Below are positions 31,157 through 40,117 of a DNA stretch of 64,000 nucleotides, piece after piece (position 1 is the stretch's first letter; each line of letters begins with the position of its first letter). The stretch spans positions 864,001 to 928,000 of the forward strand of contig CAVPPB010000003.1 of the NCBI GenBank assembly GCA_963707215.1. Direction: 5' to 3'. The position numbers and the translations under genes are program-made. This stretch comes from an uncultured Chloroflexia bacterium (GTDB lineage Bacteria; Chloroflexota; Limnocylindria; Limnocylindrales; CSP1-4). The notes under the pieces were generated by a model, which made no database searches, was not told where the DNA came from, and saw nothing but the letters and a program-made list of their open reading frames with translations.

Positions 31157-33364
31157 GTGACGGCACAGCCGGGTCTTCCTCTTGACCAGCGGCTGGATGA
31201 TGAACTCGTGGCGTCCCGTCTCCGCGAGCCGGTCCGGGCGATCTCGTTCCGACCACTCATCTGGCTCTTCCACATGGCCCTGCCGCTGGCCGGGTTGTGG
31301 CTCCTGCTCGGCAGCCCCGGCCTCGACGTGGCCTGGCAGGACAACGTCGCCCACTTCTGGCTGGTCCTCGTCACCGCACTCATCGGGCTCGGGCTGGCCA
31401 TCCTCGTCGGCGTCGGGGCCCATCGCCACGACGATGCCCGGCTCTACCTCGTAGCCCTTGGCTTCTCCACCGCGGCCGGCTTCCTCGCCCTCCACGCGCT
31501 GGTGACGCCGGCGGTCGTGGTCCCGGCTGCGAACGCTGCCTTCAACCTGGCGACACCGATCGGCGTGGCGGCAGCCGCCGTCTTCGCGTTCATCGCCACT
31601 CTCGGCATGCCGAGCGGGCGTGCGGCGCGGATCCTCCGCTGGCGCGTCGGTCTGGCGGTGCTGGTGGTGCTGGCGATGGCCGCCTGGACGGTCGCCTCGG
31701 TGGCGCCGGGGTCACCGCTGGCCGTGCCGCTCGAGCCGGCTGTCAACCGGGCCATCATCGGAGCGCTCGCGGTCGTGGGCATCGGCCTGTATGTCCTCGC
31801 AGCCTGGCGATCGATCCGGCGCTACCGGGTCCGTCCCTCCGTGGTGCTCCTCTCGATCATCACGGCCGAGGTGCTCCTCGCCGAGTCGCTGGTGGCCATG
31901 GCGACGGCGGCGAACTGGCACGCCTCGTGGTGGCTGTGGCACGTCCTGATGGCCATCGCCTTCGCCTACATCGCGTACGCGGCTCATGTCCAGTACCGCC
32001 GCGAGGGGACGACGACGATGATCTTCACCGCCGTCGCGATGGACGAGACGCTCCGCCGGCTGCGCGAGGACTACGCGGCCGCGCTGGACTCGCTGGTCGC
32101 GGCGATCGAGTCGGCTGGCGCCGGCACGGACGAGGCAGCGATGCGTGCGGCCATGCGTGCAGCCATCGACCGGCTCGAAGTGGACCCGGGCATCTCTGAT
32201 GGCCAGGCCCAAGTGCTCGAGCAGGCCGCCGACGCGCTGGCCAGCGAGCGCCTTGAGGGCCGACGGCTGGCGGCGCTGGTCGCGCTCGGTCGGGAGACCC
32301 GCATCGTCCTAGACGAGCCCGCGCTCCTGGCGGCGGCAGAAGCGCGTCTGCGCGACGCCTTCCCGGCCGTCGGAGTGACGATCCTCCGGGTCGGCGAGCG
32401 GTCGGTCGAGCCGCTGGACGACGGGGCGGAGCCGCCCGACCCGGCGGTCCTCAGCCTCGCCGAGCGGGCCATCGCCGAGGGCTCGACCGTTCGCGACGAC
32501 GCCGACGAGACGCATCGACTGGCCATCCCCCTGCGCTCGGCCGAGCGGTCGCTCGGCGTCATCGTCGCCCGGCGGCCCGGTCGGCCGTTCGGCCCTCGGG
32601 CAGAGGGGGTGCTCGAGTCGGCCGCAAACCAGCTGACGGTCGCCCTCGAGAACATCCGTCTCTACCGCCAGGTGGATCGGCTCTTCCGCTCCTATCTCTC
32701 GCCCGACGTCGTCCGGACGCTGCTCGCCGAGCCGTCCATGGCCCGGCTGGGCGGCGAGGCCACGGAGGCCACGATGCTCTTCGCCGACCTGCGCGGCTAC
32801 ACGTCATTCTCGGCGGGCACCGACCCGGCCGAGGTCGTCCGACTGCTCAACCGCTACTTCGGGGCGATCGTGCCGCTGATCCTGGCCGAGGGCGGGACGG
32901 TGGCTCAGTTCGTGGGCGACGCGATCTTCGCGATGTTCAACGCGCCCGTTCCGCAGCCCGACCACCCGCTCCGGGCTGCCCGGGTCGCGCTGGCCATGCA
33001 GCGTCGGGTCGACGAGCTGGCCGAGGGGCGCCCGGACTGGCCGCGATTCCGGGTCGGGATCGAGACCGGCCCGGTGGTCGTGGGCAACATCGGGGCCGCA
33101 GAGGTCCGGACCTACACCGCCATCGGCGAAACGACGAACCTGGCGGCCCGGCTCCAGACCTTCGCAGAGGTCGGCCGGATCGTCGTCGGACCCGAGACGG
33201 CCCGCCGCCTGGGGCGCGTGGCCGAGGTCCGGCCGCTCGGCTCGATCGAGCTCAAGGGCTTCCCCGCGCCCATCCCGGCATTCGAGCTCGTCGGGCTGCG
33301 CGAGGATCCGACGCCCGGAGCCGCTCATCGGGCAGGCGATCCGGGGGCGACGAGGGAAGGCTAG
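31157..33364 (+). CDS. Multi-TM sensor + GAF + class III adenylate/guanylate cyclase
   Basis: About 8 TM segments, a GAF-like region ending ALENIRLY, then [27 protein letters not shown]; start approximate. Confidence 0.85.
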   Translation: MTAQPGLPLDQRLDDELVASRLREPVRAISFRPLIWLFHMALPLAGLWLLLGSPGLDVAWQDNVAHFWLVLVTALIGLGLAILVGVGAHRHDDARLYLVALGFSTAAGFLALHALVTPAVVVPAANAAFNLATPIGVAAAAVFAFIATLGMPSGRAARILRWRVGLAVLVVLAMAAWTVASVAPGSPLAVPLEPAVNRAIIGALAVVGIGLYVLAAWRSIRRYRVRPSVVLLSIITAEVLLAESLVAMATAANWHASWWLWHVLMAIAFAYIAYAAHVQYRREGTTTMIFTAVAMDETLRRLREDYAAALDSLVAAIESAGAGTDEAAMRAAMRAAIDRLEVDPGISDGQAQVLEQAADALASERLEGRRLAALVALGRETRIVLDEPALLAAAEARLRDAFPAVGVTILRVGERSVEPLDDGAEPPDPAVLSLAERAIAEGSTVRDDADETHRLAIPLRSAERSLGVIVARRPGRPFGPRAEGVLESAANQLTVALENIRLYRQVDRLFRSYLSPDVVRTLLAEPSMARLGGEATEATMLFADLRGYTSFSAGTDPAEVVRLLNRYFGAIVPLILAEGGTVAQFVGDAIFAMFNAPVPQPDHPLRAARVALAMQRRVDELAEGRPDWPRFRVGIETGPVVVGNIGAAEVRTYTAIGETTNLAARLQTFAEVGRIVVGPETARRLGRVAEVRPLGSIELKGFPAPIPAFELVGLREDPTPGAAHRAGDPGATREG

Positions 33365-33951
33365 GGCGCCTTGAAGGTCTTGCCCTCGGCCTTGAGCTGG
33401 GCCTTGTAGGCCCGCTTCTTGGCCTGGTAGTCGGCGAGCGCCTCGGGCGAGTCGACGTCGCCCAGGGTCGGGTACGTCGGGGCGACGTCCTCCCAGCCCG
33501 GCGGCTGGACGCCGTACCGACGACCCAGGATGGCGATGAGCGCCTTGACCTTCATGGCGCCGATCCCCGGCAAGGCGAGGAGCCGGCGCTCGAGGTCGGC
33601 CCCGTCGGCGGCATCGCTCCAGGTCCGACCGGCATCGCCCCCATAGGTCTCGGCGACGTACGCAGCGAGGGCCTGGGTCCGCTCGGCCATCGTGCCCGGG
33701 AAGCGGTGGAGCGCGGGTCGCTCCTTGAAGGCGGCGGCCAGCGCCTCGGGGTCCATCGCGGCGATCGTCGCGGCGTCCAGCGTGCCGATGCGCTTGCGAA
33801 GCTCCAGGGGGCCGCTGAAGGCCTTCTGGAGGGGCACCTGCTGGTCCAGGACGAAGCCGATGAGCAGGGCCATCGGGTCCTCGGCGATCAGCCGATCGGC
33901 GTCGGCGTCGCCGGTGAAGGGAAGGTGGTCGGGTGGGACGGGCAGACTCAT
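33361..33951 (-). CDS. HhH-GPD-type base excision repair-like protein
   Basis: LLIGFVLDQQVP..KAFSGP, LHRFPGTMA, LPGIG HhH hairpin. Confidence 0.85.
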   Translation of the reverse strand: MSLPVPPDHLPFTGDADADRLIAEDPMALLIGFVLDQQVPLQKAFSGPLELRKRIGTLDAATIAAMDPEALAAAFKERPALHRFPGTMAERTQALAAYVAETYGGDAGRTWSDAADGADLERRLLALPGIGAMKVKALIAILGRRYGVQPPGWEDVAPTYPTLGDVDSPEALADYQAKKRAYKAQLKAEGKTFKAP

Positions 33952-34066
33952 GGCCCGATGCTACACCGGCCATCCGGCCGGAGCCGATGCGGCGTCAGCG
34001 GCCGACCGCGCTGCGCGACGCTGCGGTCCAGCGGACACGATGCGCTCGTCATGCGACACTGGGAGC

Positions 34067-35023
34067 ATGACCGAGACCCCCAAGACCCCGGACGAGCAGC
34101 CGTCGATCCCGCCCCCGGCGATCGAGCCGGCAGCCGCCGCCGATCACCCGACCGCCCCGCACGACGCAGCCCCGACGGCCCCGGTCGAGCCGGTCGCGGT
34201 CGCGCCCACGTCATCCGGCAGCGGCGGACGGATCGTCGGCTACCTGGCCGCCGGGCTCGTCGGGGTCGCCCTGACGGTCGCTGCGCTGCTGGCGACCGGC
34301 TCGCTCGAGCTCGGGTTCGCCGCGTCGGGCACCCCGGCACCGACCGATCCAGCGGCGGCCTCCGCCGATCCGTCGTCATCGGCGGACCCCGGGAACCCGA
34401 CGCCGGCCACCGAGGGCCGGGTCCAGGGCGACCCGGATGCCGCGGTGACGATCGAGATCTGGGCCGACTTCCAGTGCCCGTTCTGTGCGCTGTCGGCGAA
34501 GGGCGTCGAGCCCGAGGTCGTCCGCCAGTACGCCGGGACCGGGCAGGCCCAGGTCGTCTTCCGTGACTTCGCCTTCCTCGGCGAGGAGTCCTTCGACTCG
34601 GCCGTGGCGGCCCGCTGCGCCGGCGACCAGGGCCGCTTCTGGCACTACCACGACCTCCTCTTCGCGTCGCAACAGGGCGAGAACCAGGGTGCCTTCGCCC
34701 GGGATCGCCTGCTCAACCTCGCCGACTTCGCCGGCCTGGAGCCCGAGGCCTTCGAGGCATGCCTCGACGATCCGCTGGTCCGGACCGAGGTCGAGACCGA
34801 GACCGCCGAGGGCCGGGAGGTCGGGATCGTCTCGACGCCGACCTGGCGGCTGGTCGGGCCGGGCGGCGCCGTGATCGTCACCGGGCTCAAGCCGATCACC
34901 GACGTCGAGGCGGCCTTCGAGCAGGCGTCCGACCCGAACTTCTCGCCCGAGCCGTCCCCGAGCCCGTCGCCCGAGCCGTCCCCGAGCCCGTCGCCCGAGC
35001 CGTCCCCGAGCCCGTCCTCCTAG
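34067..35023 (+). CDS. Membrane-anchored DsbA/thioredoxin-fold protein
   Basis: TM anchor, DFQCPFC (CxxC), FRDFAFLG, STPT cis-Pro loop. Confidence 0.88.
   Translation: MTETPKTPDEQPSIPPPAIEPAAAADHPTAPHDAAPTAPVEPVAVAPTSSGSGGRIVGYLAAGLVGVALTVAALLATGSLELGFAASGTPAPTDPAAASADPSSSADPGNPTPATEGRVQGDPDAAVTIEIWADFQCPFCALSAKGVEPEVVRQYAGTGQAQVVFRDFAFLGEESFDSAVAARCAGDQGRFWHYHDLLFASQQGENQGAFARDRLLNLADFAGLEPEAFEACLDDPLVRTEVETETAEGREVGIVSTPTWRLVGPGGAVIVTGLKPITDVEAAFEQASDPNFSPEPSPSPSPEPSPSPSPEPSPSPSS
34943..35016 (+). repeat. Three perfect 24-bp tandem repeats encoding SPEPSPSP
   Basis: (tcgcccgagccgtccccgagcccg)x3 at the 3' end of the DsbA gene. Confidence 0.9.
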
Positions 35024-35031
35024 CGCGTCGG

Positions 35032-35817
35032 ATGTCGGCCGAGCCGCGCGTCCGGTTCCTGGGCCACTCGACGCTCGTCATCGAGATCGACGGGCTGCGC
35101 ATCCTGACCGACCCTGCCCTTCGCGACCGGATCGGGCCGCTCGTCCGGCAGGGCCCGGTGCCCGATCCCGACGCCGTGCGCGACATCGATGCGGTGCTGA
35201 TCTCGCACCTCCACCTTGACCACCTCGACATCCCCTCGCTGCGGATGCTCGAGCGACGCCCGACCCTGATCGTGCCCCGCGGGGCCGAGCCGCTCATGCG
35301 GCGGAGCCGGCTCCACAACTACGTGGAGATGTCCCCCGGCGAGGCGATCGCCTTCGGGGGGATCACCATCCGCACGACCAAGGCCGAGCACGGCGGCGCC
35401 CGCCCGCCGGCCGGCCCGGTCGCTGACGCCATGGGCTTCCTGCTCGAGGGAGACCGGCACAGCGTCTACTTCGCCGGCGACACCGACATCTTCCCCGAGA
35501 TGGCCGACATCCCCGACCCGGACATCGCCCTGCTGCCCGTCAGCGGCTGGGGCCTCACCCGCGGCCCCGGGCACCTCGATCCCAGCGAGGCCGCACGAGC
35601 GCTCGGACTGATCCGACCGCGGCTGGCGATCCCGATCCATTGGGGCACGTTCTGGCCACAGGGCCTGGGGATGATCGGCAAGGACCGGCGGACCGGGGCT
35701 GCGGATCTCTTCCGACGCCATGCCGACGAGGTCGCACCCGAGGTCCGGGTGGCCGTCGCCCAGCCCGGCGACCGCGTCGGGCTGCCCCGCCACGGGCACG
35801 ACCCTGTGGATCGATGA
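35032..35817 (+). CDS. MBL-fold metallo-hydrolase
   Basis: GHST, LTDP, SHLHLDHLD (HxHxDH), YFAGDT, PIHWGT. Confidence 0.88.
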   Translation: MSAEPRVRFLGHSTLVIEIDGLRILTDPALRDRIGPLVRQGPVPDPDAVRDIDAVLISHLHLDHLDIPSLRMLERRPTLIVPRGAEPLMRRSRLHNYVEMSPGEAIAFGGITIRTTKAEHGGARPPAGPVADAMGFLLEGDRHSVYFAGDTDIFPEMADIPDPDIALLPVSGWGLTRGPGHLDPSEAARALGLIRPRLAIPIHWGTFWPQGLGMIGKDRRTGAADLFRRHADEVAPEVRVAVAQPGDRVGLPRHGHDPVDR

Positions 35818-36587
35818 GGCACGTCACCCGCAAGTCGGCTCGCGAGCTGGCCGCGATGCGCCGGGCAGGCCGGGTCGTCGCCGAGGTGCTCGCGCTCGTC
35901 GAGGAGCAGCTCCGGCCGGGGGTGACGGCCGCCGACCTCGACGCGACCGCGGAGGGCCACATCCGGGCGTCCGGTGGGACGCCCTCGTTCAAGGGCTACC
36001 GGCTCGACCGCTCCAGCCCGCCATTCCCCGGCTCCATCTGCGTCTCGATCGACGACGAGGTGGTCCACGGCCTCCCGGACCGGACCACGCCGATCCCGGC
36101 TGGTTCGCTGGTCTCGATCGACGCCGGGGCGATCGTCGACGGCTACCACGGGGACGCGGCCCGGACCTTCTACGTCGGGGAACCCCCGGCCGAGGTCGCC
36201 GAGCTGATGGAGACGACCCGGGCGGCCCTGCTCGCCGGCATCGCGGCCGCCCGCCCGGGAGCGCGGATCCGGGACATCTCCGCGGCGATCGAGGACGTTG
36301 CGGTGCTCGGCGGCTTCGGCATCGTCCGGGAGTGCGTGGGCCACGGCATCGGCACGGAGATGCACGAGCCGCCGGACGTGCCGAACTACCGCACCCGCTC
36401 GGCGGGTATGCGTCTCGATCCCGGCCACGCCCTGGCGATCGAACCGATGCTGACGATCGGGAGCCCGGCGGTGGGCCTGCTCGCCGACGGCTGGACGATC
36501 GTCACCCGCGACGGCTCGCTGGCCTGCCACTTCGAGCACACGATCGCCGTCACCGACACCGGGCCGGAGATCCTGACCGTCCCCTGA
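35814..36587 (+). CDS. map: Type I methionyl aminopeptidase
   Basis: CVSIDDEVVHG, SIDAG, GDAART, GHGIG..HEPP, AIEPM, HFEHT; ATGA overlap with the upstream gene. Confidence 0.93.
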   Translation: MRHVTRKSARELAAMRRAGRVVAEVLALVEEQLRPGVTAADLDATAEGHIRASGGTPSFKGYRLDRSSPPFPGSICVSIDDEVVHGLPDRTTPIPAGSLVSIDAGAIVDGYHGDAARTFYVGEPPAEVAELMETTRAALLAGIAAARPGARIRDISAAIEDVAVLGGFGIVRECVGHGIGTEMHEPPDVPNYRTRSAGMRLDPGHALAIEPMLTIGSPAVGLLADGWTIVTRDGSLACHFEHTIAVTDTGPEILTVP

Positions 36588-36761
36588 CGACGGCCGGCGA
36601 GGAATCGGCGTTCGTCGGCTCGCCAGCTACGTCGTTCGTCCGGGCGATCTTCCGTCACCCGCCGATGGGTCCGAGCGCCCTGCCATCACAGGATGAGGAC
36701 CGCCGGACACCACCGGCGACCGACCCGGGAGTCCCGGGGCACTCACGACGGGATCCGACCG

Positions 36762-36884
36762 ATGATCGCTCGAACCTGGACAAGTGACACCGAGATGGTG
36801 ACGGACGGCCTCCCGGCCATCCTGATCGCCATCCTGGCCATCCTCCTCGCGCTCGGCATCGCGGCCCACGTGGCCGTCGCCTGA
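36762..36884 (+). CDS. Small single-TM membrane peptide (40 aa; 29 aa if started at 36795)
   Basis: MIARTWTSDTEMVTDGLPAILIAILAILLALGIAAHVAVA; nearly all codons end in G/C. Confidence 0.55.
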   Translation: MIARTWTSDTEMVTDGLPAILIAILAILLALGIAAHVAVA

Positions 36885-36891
36885 TCGGCCC

Positions 36892-37383
36892 TCAGGGGCG
36901 CGCGATCCGGGCGACCGTGGCGGCGGTGAGCTCGATCAGCGAGCCGGGTTCGAGCTCGACCTGGAGGCCACGGCGTCCGGCCGAGACCAGCATCGAGTCG
37001 AGCTCGAGCGCTCGCTCGTCGACGAAGGTCGGCAAGGACCGCCGCTGCCCCAGGGGCGAGATGCCGCCAACGACGTAGCCGGTGGCGCGTTCTGCCTCGG
37101 CGACATCGGCCAGGACGGCTCGGCGTCCCCCGGCCACGCCGGCCAGGGCCTTGAGATCCAGCTCGTGGTCGACCGACACGACGGCGAGGACGAGCCGCTC
37201 GTCCACCCGGACGACCAGCGTCTTGAAGATGCGGTCCGGGTCGATCGCCAGGACGGCCGCGGCCTCGCGTCCATAGGCGTGGCGACCGTCGAGCGAACGC
37301 TCCTGGGGCTCGTACTCGTGAACGGTGAATGGCGCGCCGGCTGCGGCAAGCGCCCGGAGCGCGGGCGTTCCCCTGCTGCCCAT
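36892..37383 (-). CDS. ybaK: Cys-tRNA(Pro) deacylase
   Basis: GTPA, IFKTL, LDLKALA, TGYVVGGISPLGQ, SAGRRGLQ. Confidence 0.92.
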   Translation of the reverse strand: MGSRGTPALRALAAAGAPFTVHEYEPQERSLDGRHAYGREAAAVLAIDPDRIFKTLVVRVDERLVLAVVSVDHELDLKALAGVAGGRRAVLADVAEAERATGYVVGGISPLGQRRSLPTFVDERALELDSMLVSAGRRGLQVELEPGSLIELTAATVARIARP

Positions 37384-37448
37384 CGACCGATGCTAGCTCC
37401 CGGACGTGCTGTCGACGTGTGACGCGAGGCGGCCCCGGGCCGCCTGGG

Positions 37449-37964
37449 TCACGGGGCGGTCGTCGCGGGCTCGCCGACCTCGAGGGCGGCCCCCGGGAAG
37501 AAGTAGCCGAGCATCATCGCTGCGGTCGCCGACTCGACCGTGTACCGGTTCACCAGGAGGCGCTCGTGTGACGCCAGGACCCGCCCGGGATCGTCACGGT
37601 GGGCGACGCGGACCTCGCCCAGCAGGAGGAACGTGCCGCCCGGTCGGCTCAGGGCTCGTCCGGGGTCGAAGCCGGGCTGGGTCGGCAGCAGGGCGTTCAC
37701 CAGCCACGGCCCCAGGGCGAGCCGGACATCGTGCCAGGTGGCGTGGACCGGGACCTCGGCCTCGTCGGGGACGGCCAGCAGCACGTCGTCGATCGGGAGG
37801 TCCGACGCCGGCAGATCGACGGCCGATCCGTCGACGAAGGTCATCCGGCCCGAGAGCAACTGCAGGCGTTCGCCGCCCTCGAGCCGATCGGCGAGCGGCG
37901 GCGAGCCGTCGAGGAGGCCGGTCACCACGCCATCGGTCGTGTACAGCTCGGTGGGGATCGCCAT
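37449..37964 (-). CDS. Hypothetical protein with two similar beta-rich modules
   Basis: 171 aa, coding-like codon bias, SD GGAGG before ATG. Confidence 0.7.
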   Translation of the reverse strand: MAIPTELYTTDGVVTGLLDGSPPLADRLEGGERLQLLSGRMTFVDGSAVDLPASDLPIDDVLLAVPDEAEVPVHATWHDVRLALGPWLVNALLPTQPGFDPGRALSRPGGTFLLLGEVRVAHRDDPGRVLASHERLLVNRYTVESATAAMMLGYFFPGAALEVGEPATTAP

Positions 37965-38152
37965 GACGGTCCTCCGTGCGGTCGGCTCATCGTCGCGGCC
38001 CGGCCGCTCCCCTGCCAGACCCGGGTCGTACCGGTCGCCGTGGACGGAGGTACAGGGCGCGTCCGCGCACCGGCCGGGACCCGTCTGGGCCCGTGGCGCG
38101 GGCGCAACCCTCCGGTCGGCTATGCTTCGAGCGTCACAGCAGGAGCCAAGAG

Positions 38153-39448
38153 ATACCCGAAACCTTCGACCAGCTCGGCCTGTCGGCCGAGATCCTCCGA
38201 GCCGTAGCCGACGAGGGCTACACCGAGCCCACGCCCATCCAGCGACAGGCGATCCCCCTGGTCCTCGCCGGCCGGGACGTCCTCGCCACCGCCCAGACCG
38301 GGACCGGGAAGACGGCGGCCTTCGTGCTGCCGATCCTGGAGTTGCTCCGACCCGACGCGAACGCGAGCTTCTCGCCGGCTCGCCATCCGGTCCGGGCGCT
38401 CATCGTGACGCCGACCCGGGAGCTGGCGGTCCAGGTCCAGGAGATGGCCGCCGCCTACGGGCGTCACCTGGCCCTCCGCTCGACGGTCGTCTACGGCGGT
38501 GTGCCGATCGAGCCGCAGACGAAGACCCTCCTCGCCGGCGTCGAGATCGTCGTGGCCACGCCCGGCCGACTCCTCGACCACATGGGCAGCCGCACGGTCA
38601 ACCTCGGTCAGGTCCGCATCCTCGTCCTCGACGAGGCCGACCGGATGCTCGACATGGGCTTCCTGCCCGACATCCGGCGGATCCTCGACGCCGTGCCCAG
38701 CCGGCGCCAGAACCTCCTGTTCTCGGCCACCTTCTCCGACGACGTGCGAGGCCTGGCGAACCAGCTTCTCGACCATCCGGAGCGCGTCTCCGTCGCCCCG
38801 GCCTACGCCACGGCCGAGCGGGTCCGCCAGCTCGTCTACCCGGTCGACCGGGATCGCAAGGAGGAGCTGCTGCTCCACCTGATCCGGACCCACGACCTGC
38901 GCCAGGCCCTCGTCTTCACCCGGACGAAGCTGGCCGCCGCCCGGCTGGCCAGCTGGCTCGACCGGCGCGGCGTCGAGGCGACCGCGATCCACGGGGACCG
39001 CAGCCAGGCCGAGCGCAGCCGGGCCCTCGAGATGTTCAAGTCGGGCGAGGCGCGGATCCTCGTCGCGACCGACGTGGCCGCCCGCGGTCTCGACATCGAG
39101 GACCTCCCCCACGTCATCAACTTCGAGCTGCCCTTCGACCCCGAGGACTACATCCATCGGATCGGCCGGACCGCCCGGGCGGGCGCCGATGGGGACGCCA
39201 TCAGCCTGGTCTGCATCGACGAGACGGACCTCCTCCGGGCCGTCCAGCGCCTGCTCCGGATGGCCATCCCGTGGACCGTGGAGGAGGGCTTCGTGCCCGA
39301 CCGCAACGTCGAGCCCCGCCCCATCCGCGTGCCCGGGGCCCCGCCCCGAGGCTCCAGCGGTCGGGCGGTCGGCGAGGCGACGGCCCGAAAGCGACGCCAC
39401 CGGCACGGACGACCCACCCCGGCTCCGGGGGGTCGTCGGGCGGGCTGA
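38153..39448 (+). CDS. DEAD-box RNA helicase (RhlE-like), probable ATA start codon
   Basis: Q motif F..LGL..PTPIQ, AQTGTGKT, PTRELA, TPGRL, DEAD, SAT, HGDRSQ, TDVAARGLD, HRIGRTAR; SD AGGAG 7 nt before ATA. Confidence 0.9.
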   Translation: MPETFDQLGLSAEILRAVADEGYTEPTPIQRQAIPLVLAGRDVLATAQTGTGKTAAFVLPILELLRPDANASFSPARHPVRALIVTPTRELAVQVQEMAAAYGRHLALRSTVVYGGVPIEPQTKTLLAGVEIVVATPGRLLDHMGSRTVNLGQVRILVLDEADRMLDMGFLPDIRRILDAVPSRRQNLLFSATFSDDVRGLANQLLDHPERVSVAPAYATAERVRQLVYPVDRDRKEELLLHLIRTHDLRQALVFTRTKLAAARLASWLDRRGVEATAIHGDRSQAERSRALEMFKSGEARILVATDVAARGLDIEDLPHVINFELPFDPEDYIHRIGRTARAGADGDAISLVCIDETDLLRAVQRLLRMAIPWTVEEGFVPDRNVEPRPIRVPGAPPRGSSGRAVGEATARKRRHRHGRPTPAPGGRRAG

Positions 39449-39460
39449 GGCCGCGGATCG

Positions 39461-40117
39461 ATGGACCACGGAGCCTACGAGCCGGAGCGCCCCGACGACG
39501 CGTTCCCGACGCAGCGGTTCACGACCCTGCTCAAGCGCCTGCCACGCTACGCGCGCCTGTCCTGGGGCCTGGCCGGTGAGCCACGCCTCTCGCGATCGCG
39601 ACGGGCAGCCCTGCTGGGGGCCGCCGCCTACCTCGTCTCGCCGGTGGACCTCGTGCCCGGGATCGTCCCGGTCGTCGGCCAGGTCGACGACATCGCGATC
39701 GCCCTGCTGGCCCTGCGGGCGGCCCTGCGCGCCCTCGACGAACCGACCCGGATGCGCCAGCTGGCGGCCGCCGGGCTCCAGCCCGGTGATCTCGACGAGG
39801 ACACCCGGACCCTCGGGCTCGTCGCGCTATGGCTCGGACGCCGAGGCGTCCGACTGGGACGACGACTCCTCGCCCTGGCAGCGGTAGCAGCCGGGCACGC
39901 CGCTCGGGCCGGCGGTCGCCTGGCCCTTCGGGCCGGCGAGGCTGGAGCCCGAACGAGCGCATCGGCCGGTGGCCGGGCGGTCCGCGCGACGGGCCAGCGG
40001 GTCCGGGACAGCGCAGTTGCCGGCGGCTCGGCCGCCCGATCCGCCGCCGCCGGGCTCGGTCGTCGGATCACCCGACGAGGCCGCCCGGACCCGGGCCCGA
40101 CCGAGCGCGCCGACTGA
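39461..40117 (+). CDS. YkvA/DUF1232 family protein
   Basis: AAYLVSPVDLVPGIVPVVGQVDD signature. Confidence 0.82.
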   Translation: MDHGAYEPERPDDAFPTQRFTTLLKRLPRYARLSWGLAGEPRLSRSRRAALLGAAAYLVSPVDLVPGIVPVVGQVDDIAIALLALRAALRALDEPTRMRQLAAAGLQPGDLDEDTRTLGLVALWLGRRGVRLGRRLLALAAVAAGHAARAGGRLALRAGEAGARTSASAGGRAVRATGQRVRDSAVAGGSAARSAAAGLGRRITRRGRPDPGPTERAD

